From the NCBI GenBank assembly GCA_963772725.1, contig CAVYYI010000001.1, positions 192,001 through 256,000 of the forward strand: a stretch of DNA of 64,000 nucleotides, given 5' to 3'. Shown one piece after another: positions 42,435-52,500 of the stretch. This DNA comes from an uncultured Phycisphaerales bacterium. Its GTDB lineage: Bacteria; Planctomycetota; Phycisphaerae; Sedimentisphaerales; Anaerobacaceae. Position 1 is the stretch's first letter. The number at the start of each line of letters is the position of its first letter. Both the position numbers and the translations under genes were made by a program. The notes below the pieces were generated by a model. The model saw only the letters and a list, made by a program, of their open reading frames with translations, did no database searches and had not been told where the DNA came from.

Positions 42435-45400
42435 ATGAGCGTACCGTGGAAAAAGTGTCATAAAGTAATCTGCCCGAAGACCGGAAAGACTGTTACATGC
42501 AGCAAAAAACTTAGCTGGTTAAAATGGATATTTCCTGTTACCGGCCTTTTGTCGCTGTTATGGTTTCTTATCCGAGTGATACCTAAGCCTTCCCGTGCGG
42601 CATATCCCTGCCAGAGGTTGGCCTTTCCTGTGGCATCAGGATTTATTATCTGGCTTGTCGGTCTTTTCGCTTCCATAACCATATTTAAAAAGGCCAAAGA
42701 GCTATTAAGACAATCACGCCTAAAACTTGCGTTATTATCTTTTATCATAGCGGGGGTGTTAGGATTCATCACGTTTTTAAATATGCCGCATCAGCCGGCA
42801 AGTGCCGCCGTTGACCCTGCCAAAATACCTAACCAGCCCATAGGTATTGCAAAAGGTATTCATCCCGGTCGTGTGGTGTGGGTATATGCCCCGGAAGCCA
42901 CAACATGGGACGGCGTCGGCGATGACCACTGGTGGGAGCCGAACCACGCCAACCAGGCCGTTGTGGACGAAATGATGGCACAGGGAATCTGCGGGATTAC
43001 CGGTGAACCTAATACCGTTTCTGCCTGGAACAAGATATTCAGATATTACAATCAGACTCACGGCAAAGGGGACGTAGGGTATCAGCCGGGAGAAAAAATT
43101 ACCATTAAGGTGAATCTTGTCGGCTTTATTTACTATAGTGGAAGGGTTAAGCCTGAGACTTATGATATAAACACTGTGCCTGCAAACACCTGGACTGATT
43201 GGCCCAATGCCTCTCCGCAGATGATGAAGGCGCTGCTGCGGCAGTTAGTCAATGTTGTCGGTGTTAATCAGTCCGATATTTGCATCGGTGACCCATTGAG
43301 CTACTTTGCGAATGAATTTTATAATATGCTCCATCCGGAGTTTCCCAATGTCCATTATCTCGACAAGGAAGGCAAGTTCGGCCGCACAGTTGTGCAGAAT
43401 TCTACCGTTCCTTTCTACTGGAGTTGTCGCCCGACAGGAGTGGCACAGGATTATGTGCTTACTACCTATGCTGATGCTGATTATATAATCAATATGCCCA
43501 ATTTTAAGGTACATAGTGCTGCTATAACGCTCTGCGGCAAAAACCATTACGGCTCATTTATCAGGTATCCTTCGCAGACAGGCTATTACAGTTTACATGA
43601 GACTGCCTGCGGTACGTTACCGGGCAGCGGACACTATCGAGCAATGGTGGACATAATGGGACACTCCCAGATGGGACGCAAGACGCTGTTATGTATTGTT
43701 GATGGTATTTATGGCGGCTTACACATAACTCCGTATTTGCCGGTAAAGTTTTTATCGTCTCCGTTTAATAACGACTGGACTTCAAGTATATTTATTTCGC
43801 AGGACCCCGTTGCGCTGGATTCGGTCGGTTTTGATTTCCTCTGGTCAGAAACCGCTTGGGCAAGTTATACTCACCTTTCCGGCGGCGACGATTATATGCA
43901 CGAAGCCGCAGAGGCAAATAATCCTGCATCGGGGACATTCTATGACCCCGACCATGCGACCAGCACTACAAGACTTGACAGCCAGGGCGTTCATGAGCAT
44001 TGGAACAATGCAAACGATAAGCAATATACGCGTAATCTCGGAACAGGCAGCGGCATCGAGCTTGTATCGCTGAAAGGCGATTATTACCGTACATGGGTTG
44101 AAACGTTCAGAGATGATTTCAACGGGACAAGCCTTGATACTGATAAATGGACACAGTTCCGCGGCGATTCTACTAATGTGGTAGTTGAAAACGGCAATCT
44201 GCGATTAGTAACATGGAAACCGGGCGGCGCCTGGACTTCGGGCGGGGTTAATTCCAAAGTGTTCCAGCAAAAGTACGGCCGCTTCGAGGCAAGGTTCAGA
44301 ATTGCAGGGGCTTCCGGTCTTAATAATGCTTTCTGGATGAGTAAAACCAGCGATTTTGCGATTGATATAGCAGAGCCGCATTTTCCCAACGAGTTGAATA
44401 TGTCGCTTCAGAAACTTAGCTCACCATCGGACTCATGGGAATATTTGGGTACGGTTGATGTTAATTTGAACGAGGACTATCATCTTTATTCCGTAGAATG
44501 GAATGATAAGGAATTGATTTATTATTTCGACGGCGTTGAAAAATTCAGAGTTAACCATGATAACCTTGCGGACGACCCGGTTCCCGTGAAGTTCAGCACG
44601 ATGGTCGGTGAGGCTTATGGCACCGTAACCGATGCACTAATCGGCACCAGTATGGATATTGACTGGGTCAAGGTATATGAATCAGCTTATTTATGGACAA
44701 TCGACGAACTTAAATTTCCTGATGTTTTAGTTACCTCTCCGGACGGTTATACCGAGCAAGTTGTTATTCTTAATGATACCGGAAGCGACCTGACCTTTAC
44801 AGGAAGCGGAATAGATATTACCGGTACTAATCCGAGCGACTTCTCTTATCAAATCAGCTCTACTGATGTCATTCCGAGCGGTCAGAGCCGTGTTGTATAT
44901 GTTAAGTTCAAGCCGCTTTCGATGGGCGATAAAACCGCTCAACTGAACATTTATACCAATTATCCGTCAAGGCCTGTAACCTCTGTTAAGCTTACCGGTA
45001 AAGGCAGAGGCGATGTGGTTATAAGCGGTACCGTTTATGTTTCAACCACCGGCAATGATAACAGCACAGGCGAGTCGTGGTCAAATGCTTTTGCCACTCT
45101 GCAGGCGGCTGTTAATACGCAGAAAGAGTACATTTTCGTGAAAAAGGGCACCTACAACCAGACTGATACCATTTTATTACCCAGCGGCATGAAAATTTAC
45201 GGCGGTTTTGCAGGTACCGAATCTACACCGGCGCAGCGAGATATGTCTAAAATTCATACCGACAATGAGACAATTCTTAATATGACTACCAGCGCTAAAA
45301 GGGTCATAGATATTGATACTCTAAGCAGCGTTCGTGTTGACGGTTTTACCATCAAAGGAGCTGCTAATGTCGCTGCCGGCGGCGCAGGTTTAAGAATTAC

Positions 45401-46913
45401 ACAATCTACCGGTTCCATAATCATAGAAAACTGCCGAATCACAGGTAATTCCGACTCGGCTGCCGATGGCGTCGGGGCCGGTGTTCGCATGGTTTCGTCC
45501 GATGCGAATTTTATTAATTGTGAGATTACCAATAATTTATCTCAAGGCACAGGTGGCGGCGGCGGTATGTTTATAGACAGCGCCTCGAGGGCGACATTGA
45601 CCGACTGTACAATCAGCGGCAACAAGACCAATGGCAGTAACGGCGGCGGTGTTTATGCCGATGTAAGCACTACTTCGGGCGTTAAGTTCATCAACTGTCG
45701 AATCAGCAATAATTCTGCGGCATTGTGCGGCGGCGGTATTTACACTGTCGGTTCGTTTACGCTCTCCGGCTGTACATTAGCAGATAACGTGATTCGGGCA
45801 CCTACGGGTGAATCTGTTGGCGGCGGCGCTATTTATCTGAGTTCGACCAGTGCAGATGTGAATATTGATAACTGTGTATTCAGCGGTAATCACGTCAACG
45901 GAGTCAGTTCCAACAAGGGCGGCGGTGGGGCAATACTATTCAGAAAATGGGCTACTATAACTATTACGAACAGTGTCTTTGGCGGCAACCGTATTTCTGG
46001 CGTTACTCAGACCAGAGGTGGTGCTATTTATTTCCGCGAAAGTACAACGTCAGTTACAATCAGAAATTGTACATTTGATGACAACTATACTGGCTATACA
46101 GGAGTAACTGAAGGTGGCGGCATCAATGCCAGATCTGGTAATATTAGCCTGGTTAATTCTATTATGACTAACAATACGAAATTGGCTTTCTATGTGTGGT
46201 ATGACGCCACCTCCACCGAGTCTGCCAATCTTTACTATGGCAACGGTACTAACGGCACACCTGTCGCTGACCCGCTGTATGTCTGCAGTTCCTCTTCTGC
46301 TGTAACAGGCACATGGTCGAATGTCGCCAGTTTCGTTCCTGACTCGCTTACAGGTCTGGGGACAACGGTTCTTACAGCTAACGGAACACCTTTTACCGGT
46401 CTGCAGTTGGCGGGGTTGATGATTAACCCTGACACAACTCAAAAGCGTCAGGCTTTAATACTCTCGAACACTGATAACACCGTTACAGTGGAAGGCAGTG
46501 CAGTTGCTGATTATGGTGTGGGTACCGGGGATACTTTCAGAGTTAAGGATTATCATGAGCGGTCTGTGGCCGGCAGATTCAATCCTGCCAACGGCTTGTG
46601 GCAGACTGACAGTGCTACCAGTCCGGCAATTGATACCGGCGATGTTGCATACAGTTGGGCGGAAGAGATGTGGCCTAATGGAAAGCGGATAAATAAAGGC
46701 GCTTATGGCGGTACGCCTCAGGCAAGTATGTCAACTTCAAGCGTGGGCAATAAGGCTGATTTTAACGGGGATAGTTCCGTTAATTACATGGACCTTAACC
46801 ATTTGGCCGATAAATGGCTCGTACAACAGGTTCCTTTACCTGAAGATTTGAATCACAACGGCAGGGTAGATTTCACAGATTATGCGATTTTTGCCGACAA
46901 CTGGCAAAAGTGA
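42435..46913 (+). CDS. modular protein A: membrane anchor + DUF362 + GH16-like + Ig-like + right-handed beta-helix + dockerin-like tail
   Basis: WFLIRVIPKPSRAAYPC leader. DUF362-like PGRVVWV, TLCGKNHYG and SQDPVALDSVG. GH16-like FRDDFNG..LD.DKW, YGRFEAR, AFW and YSVEWN. GGG-rich beta-helix repeats. Terminal ADFNGD and EDLNHNGRVDFTDY loops. Confidence 0.75.
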   Translation: MSVPWKKCHKVICPKTGKTVTCSKKLSWLKWIFPVTGLLSLLWFLIRVIPKPSRAAYPCQRLAFPVASGFIIWLVGLFASITIFKKAKELLRQSRLKLALLSFIIAGVLGFITFLNMPHQPASAAVDPAKIPNQPIGIAKGIHPGRVVWVYAPEATTWDGVGDDHWWEPNHANQAVVDEMMAQGICGITGEPNTVSAWNKIFRYYNQTHGKGDVGYQPGEKITIKVNLVGFIYYSGRVKPETYDINTVPANTWTDWPNASPQMMKALLRQLVNVVGVNQSDICIGDPLSYFANEFYNMLHPEFPNVHYLDKEGKFGRTVVQNSTVPFYWSCRPTGVAQDYVLTTYADADYIINMPNFKVHSAAITLCGKNHYGSFIRYPSQTGYYSLHETACGTLPGSGHYRAMVDIMGHSQMGRKTLLCIVDGIYGGLHITPYLPVKFLSSPFNNDWTSSIFISQDPVALDSVGFDFLWSETAWASYTHLSGGDDYMHEAAEANNPASGTFYDPDHATSTTRLDSQGVHEHWNNANDKQYTRNLGTGSGIELVSLKGDYYRTWVETFRDDFNGTSLDTDKWTQFRGDSTNVVVENGNLRLVTWKPGGAWTSGGVNSKVFQQKYGRFEARFRIAGASGLNNAFWMSKTSDFAIDIAEPHFPNELNMSLQKLSSPSDSWEYLGTVDVNLNEDYHLYSVEWNDKELIYYFDGVEKFRVNHDNLADDPVPVKFSTMVGEAYGTVTDALIGTSMDIDWVKVYESAYLWTIDELKFPDVLVTSPDGYTEQVVILNDTGSDLTFTGSGIDITGTNPSDFSYQISSTDVIPSGQSRVVYVKFKPLSMGDKTAQLNIYTNYPSRPVTSVKLTGKGRGDVVISGTVYVSTTGNDNSTGESWSNAFATLQAAVNTQKEYIFVKKGTYNQTDTILLPSGMKIYGGFAGTESTPAQRDMSKIHTDNETILNMTTSAKRVIDIDTLSSVRVDGFTIKGAANVAAGGAGLRITQSTGSIIIENCRITGNSDSAADGVGAGVRMVSSDANFINCEITNNLSQGTGGGGGMFIDSASRATLTDCTISGNKTNGSNGGGVYADVSTTSGVKFINCRISNNSAALCGGGIYTVGSFTLSGCTLADNVIRAPTGESVGGGAIYLSSTSADVNIDNCVFSGNHVNGVSSNKGGGGAILFRKWATITITNSVFGGNRISGVTQTRGGAIYFRESTTSVTIRNCTFDDNYTGYTGVTEGGGINARSGNISLVNSIMTNNTKLAFYVWYDATSTESANLYYGNGTNGTPVADPLYVCSSSSAVTGTWSNVASFVPDSLTGLGTTVLTANGTPFTGLQLAGLMINPDTTQKRQALILSNTDNTVTVEGSAVADYGVGTGDTFRVKDYHERSVAGRFNPANGLWQTDSATSPAIDTGDVAYSWAEEMWPNGKRINKGAYGGTPQASMSTSSVGNKADFNGDSSVNYMDLNHLADKWLVQQVPLPEDLNHNGRVDFTDYAIFADNWQK
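44694..46913 (+). repeat. ~2.2-kb diverged repeat (C-terminal chassis of protein A)
   Basis: Collinear with 52249-54456. Long identical peptides include FSYQISST, STESANLYY, LTGLGTTVLTANGTPFTGLQ and INKGAYGGTPQASMSTSSVGNKADFN. Confidence 0.92.
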
Positions 46914-46983
46914 AAATAACGATTATATTGTATAAAAACGACAAGTAAAGTGTGAAATAGTAAATATCTTCAGGAATGAAAAA

Positions 46984-49456
46984 ATGAACACAATCGACGT
47001 AAACAAATCGTTCTTTTGCGGCATTGTTTTGAGTGTTGTGATTTTTGCGGCCCCACCTAATGTTGTGTCGGGCAAAGATTGGGTGATGTGGTACAATTAT
47101 CCTGCACGCCAGTGGGAAGAAGCATTGCCGGTTGGTAATGGCCGAATAGGGGGGATGGTTTTCGGCGGTATAGACAGGGAGAGAATTTCACTCAACGAAG
47201 AAAGCATCTGGTCTGGTACACCTTCACCTGCGAAGGCATCTTCATTACATAAATACTTTATTAAACGTCAGCAGGAATTGATTTTCCAGGGTAAATATAA
47301 AGAAGCTGAATCATTGAAACCTTCCGATGTTAATGTTCCTGCCGGTGTTAAAATAGTCAGCGAAGTTATTGAAGGCACGAGCAGCAGCCGTCAGATTTAT
47401 AAACCTCTGGGCGATTTGTATCTTCATTTCGGCAGCAGTTCTGACATTCCGACGGATTATCGCAGGGACCTCGACTTGGATAGGGCAGTTGCGACTGTAA
47501 CATATAAAATTGGTGAGGCAACTTATAAACGTGAGGTTTTTTGCAGCTATCCCGACCAGGTATTAGTTGTTCGCGTATCATGCAATAAACCGGGTATGGT
47601 TTCTTTTGACAGCAAAATGACTTATCGCACTGATGTAAAAGATGATATGTACAGGTATGACGCCGAGTTAGGAGCTAAGGTTGAAAGTATAAGACGTCCG
47701 CCCGAACCGGTGGTTAAAGTAGTAGCTCCCGGTCGATTTACCTACAGCGGCCAGGCAGACCCGGATGGTGTAAAGTTTGTCGCTAATTTTCAGGTGCTTG
47801 CACAAGGCGGCAAAGTTACTTCCATACCATCTGGTTTTGCGGTAAAAAATGCCGATTCAGCCGTTTTGCTCATAACCGTTGCGACCGACTATAAGCAGAA
47901 AGACCCTGCCGGCGTTGCGGCCAAACAAATGGATAAAGTTTTACAAAAAACCTACGATGATTTGTTAAAAACTCATATCGCAGACTATCAAAAGTTGTTC
48001 CACAGGATTGATATCGATTTAGGCACAACTCACAATGCGGAAATGACTACCGACAGGAGAGTCCTGGCGATGCAGCTTAATGTTATCGACCCGCGAGTGC
48101 CAAAGGGGATTGACCGTGACCCCGATTTATTTGCCTTGTATTTTCAGTATGGCAGGTATCTTATGATAGCTTGCTCCCGGCCTGGGACTATGCCTCCGGC
48201 GTTACAGGGCATCTGGAATGACAGCCTTCTGCCTCCATGGTTTGGCGGACATACTTCGGACATAAATGTCGAAATGAATTACTGGCCTGTGGAAGTATGC
48301 AATCTTTCGGAGTGTCACCGCGCATTGCTGGATATGATTGAGTCTTTTGAACAGGCCGGGCGTAAAACCGCTGAAATTTCCTACGGCTGTCGCGGGCTTG
48401 TTTTACATAGTATGACTATCTGGGGGCCAAAGACCGTAGGGGGCGACTGGCAGGATTTTGCGGGCTGGCTCGCTCAGCATTTCTGGGACCATTATGAATT
48501 TACAGGTGATAAAAAATATCTTGCTGAACATGCTTATCCTTATATGAAGGATGCCTCTTTATTTTATCTTGATTTTCTGGTCGAATATCCGGGCAGAGGC
48601 TATCTTGTTTCCGGCCCGTCATATTCTCCTGAAAATACTTTTAAGGGGCCTGACGGCAAGGTGCATAGCCGCAGCATGGGTACTACAATGAGTCTTGGGA
48701 TTATCTACGACCTGTTCACCAATACGATTGAAGCAAGCAAGGTACTGGATGTTGATGCCGACTTACGCAAGCAGCTTATCGAAACACGTTCTCGACTAGC
48801 TCCGCTGCAGGTTGGCAAATACGGCCAGTTGCAGGAATGGCTCGATGACTTTGAAGAAGTGGACCCGGGTCATCGACATTTATCGCATTTATATGCTCTC
48901 TATCCTGGCAGGCAGATTACTGTGCGAGGTACCCCTGAACTGGCGAAAGCGGCGAAAACTGCTTTACTTCGCCGTTTTGAATACGGCAGCGGCTGGACAG
49001 GCTGGAGCCGGGCCTGGATGCTCAATTGTGCCGCAAGACTCGAAGATGCAGAGCTTGCGCATAAACAACTGGAGCTTTTGCTTCAAAGAACAACTTTATA
49101 CAATCTCTTTGATACTCACCCGCGAAGAGGCGGAAATACACTCTGTTTTCAAATCGACGGCAATTTCGGCGCTACAGCGGGTATTGCGGAGATGCTGCTC
49201 CAGAGTCACGCAGGTGAAATAAACCTGCTTCCTGCACATCCCGAACAATGGAAAAACGGTTACGTAAAAGGTTTAAAGAGCACGCGGTGGTTTCGAGGTC
49301 GATATTTACTGGAAGGGCGGCAAACTCGATAAGGCCTCCATAAAGTCGATAAATGGTAATCCGTGCAAGGTTCGCTATGGTGATAAGGTAACCGAGTTTA
49401 AAACTGGGGTTGGCAAAACCTATCTGCTGAATAGCAGTCTGGAACCGGTAAAATAG
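46984..49456 (+). CDS. GH95 alpha-L-fucosidase/alpha-L-galactosidase-like (frameshift near 49278)
   Basis: Motifs [46 protein letters not shown] and FQIDGNFG. The true C-terminus ([10 protein letters not shown]...) continues in another frame to TAG 49454-49456. Confidence 0.9.
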
Positions 49457-49515
49457 ATAAAATGTAATTTTCGGCCATGAAAAAGCCGATTGCAAAGAAC
49501 AGATAGGGCGTTGAA

Positions 49516-52500
49516 ATGAGATTGTTACAGAAAATCACGATAACCCTGTTCCTGCTTGTGCCAAATGCGGTTTTTGCCGTGGTTATTGAGAATGACCAGT
49601 ATCGGCTTGAGCAGACATCGAATTCGTCAATAGCGGTTACGCACAAATCTTCCGGGTTATCTGTGGTATTTACACCGACTTTTACAGTATTTTTCGGCAC
49701 TTCCGACCCCAATTATGTTCCCACCTATACTACTGTAACCGACCCTGTAAGCGTTCGTACATCATCGTGGAACGGCGATATGAATTTCTTCAATGCGCCA
49801 GGCGCAAAGACCACGATTACCTGCAACGGTTACAGTCTTGTCAGCGGCAAGATTCACTGGACATTTGCTTCGCAGGCAAATTTTGACCTCAGTGCTGATG
49901 TCGAAACCGGTACAGGCACGATAGAGCCTAAAGTTACGGTAACTATGACGCCTAAAACGACCGGCTACTTTTCTATTGGATTTGCAGGCACTCCGGCAGT
50001 GGCATTTAGTTCCACCGATTGGATATGGCAGCCTCTCGTATGGCAGGGCAAACGTATTCCCGGCAAGAGCTATCTGACATCGGAATTTGAATGTTCAATC
50101 GGCGGTACTCTTATGGGTTACAGCGGCAAAACCGTTGGTGTTACAGCGGCGCCGGCTGAGATGACGTTCAGACTGCCAACAAGAGAAAATTCCTTGTTCG
50201 GCGCCCTGCTTCGCAACTCTGCGGGTCAGGCTCAGCCTATGGTTTTTGCGCCGATTTACGGAGGCCCTAATTCCAACAGGACAACCGGCAGCGTTTTTAC
50301 ATTTGGCTATCACTTTTTTGTTCGTCCAGGCAACTGGTACGAAAATTACGAGTATCTCGGCTACAATCTTTATGGCTTCAGCGATTACAGAGAAAACGCA
50401 CGCTGTTCATTAAACCAGACCATAGACAACATGGTCGATTTCATTATGAACACCACCGGCAACAATTATTCATACTGGTATCCTGAGCAGAAGACCAACG
50501 GCTATCAGCAGGATATGGCCGGCTCCGGCAGGCAGCAGTCTGCCGCCTGTGAACTTTCGCTGGCAATGGTGCGTGATAATCAGCAGATTTATGAACAACG
50601 CTCTTTGCCAACGATTGAATATTTTACATCACGTAACAGCTCAACTATTGTATTAGACGGTTCCACTCCTTATATGGACGGTCCTACTGGTACGGTAGAA
50701 GACTGGTGCGCCTTGAGTTTGCTCAGCGGCAAGAGATGTTATATCTTTCAAAAGATTGCAACGGATTTTGCCGGTTCACTGCTCAGCAGAATCAACCCTT
50801 CTACAACTTATACACGAACACAGGCCCTGGATAATGCCAAGAACTACCTTCGTTCTCTAATAGCAATGTATCGAATGACTGGTATTGCCGAATATCTTGA
50901 CGACGCCAAAAAGGCCGCCGACGATTATATCTACTGGCGAATAAATCGGGAACCCATAGATTTTTATGATATGGACAGTTCCTTCTGGATTGAAATAGGC
51001 CCGATATGGGACGCCCTCGAGCAGATTTATAACGAAACCGGTCGCACCGACTATCTCAATGCAACTATCGCAGCGATAAAGCAGCGCACAGCGTTTAATT
51101 ATCTGACTCCGCCGATACCAAACACCAATGTTACCGTAGATGGCGAGACGGTTCCCGCCTGGCGAGTCTCATCTACCGGTCTAAATGCAGAATGCGGAGG
51201 CACCGCTCATAGTCACCGTGGAATTTTTATGATGCCCGAAGCCGGGCCTATGCTCAGGATGGCTTATCGCAGCGGCGATACTCTTCTTCGCGACATTGCC
51301 CGTGCTGCCGTTGTCGGACGTTACGCCAATTATCCCGGCTACACCTACAGGGACAGGCTCAGATTAGAGTTTACCAGGCCTGACTATCCTCTCCGCTGGT
51401 TCGAAGATTATGTCAATACTGCACATTACAATCATCCTCTGCCTATGTGTCTTTACACCATAGATTTTCTTGTCAGTGATTTTTTAGCACGTTCTGCAGG
51501 GGCGATTTCATTTCCTTGCCGGTATTCTTCAACAGGAGCATATTTTCGAAATCAAATCTATGGCGACAGGCCCGGCTCATTCTACGGCGACAGCGGCGTA
51601 TGGCTCTGGCTGCCCAAAGCACTCGTTACTACTAATAATATTCAGTTGAACTATATTGCCGGTTATGGAAACGGCAAATTATATCTTGCGTTTGCGAATC
51701 AGTCCAAGTCACCCGTAACGACTACTGTAACTTTAAATAATTCGCTGATTCCTTACGGAACTTCTCATTCAGCCGCCGTCTGGCAACAAAATGTTCCTGC
51801 CGGTACCACAACCGTTGTTAATGGTCAGGTAACAGTTAATGTTGCCGCAGATGGAATCACCGCTTTGGCTATTGATGGCATTAATATTCGCCCGTTTTTC
51901 CAAAGTAAATACACTTATGCTTCTTCTTACACTCTGCCGTCCCAGAGTTATCAATCCACCACTACTTCTTACGGCAAAGTTACAGGTTCGATTATATCTT
52001 TTTCAAGGTCTTTAACCAGCTCACATGTCTGGCTTGGGGCGGATACGTCCCAGCTTCAAAGGGCGACATTACACTATTCTACCGGCGCAGCGTGGCAGCA
52101 GATAACAGATTCAACTTATCCGTTTGAGTTTACAATACCGCTGGATGCGAGTGTACCCAATTTCACTTTTTATATTGAAGGATTAAAAGTCGGCGGCGCA
52201 ACCGAAAATTCTTCAACTCTAACATTGCCCGTATTTACCGTTCCTCATTGGACGGTGGGTTCTATCGCGTTCCCGGATGTTGTTGCCGGAGCTCCTGTTG
52301 GTGAAGCAAACGATGTACTGATTGAAAACGATACTCCGGGTAATCTTGTATTTACCGGAAGCGGTTTGGAAATTACCGGCGATGATGCAAATAACTTTAG
52401 TTATCAAATCAGTTCGACTAATCCGATTCCAAGCGGGCAGACTCGAACAGTTTCCGTTACTTTCAGGCCGTTAATGCGTGGCAGTAAAAATGCGCAGTTA

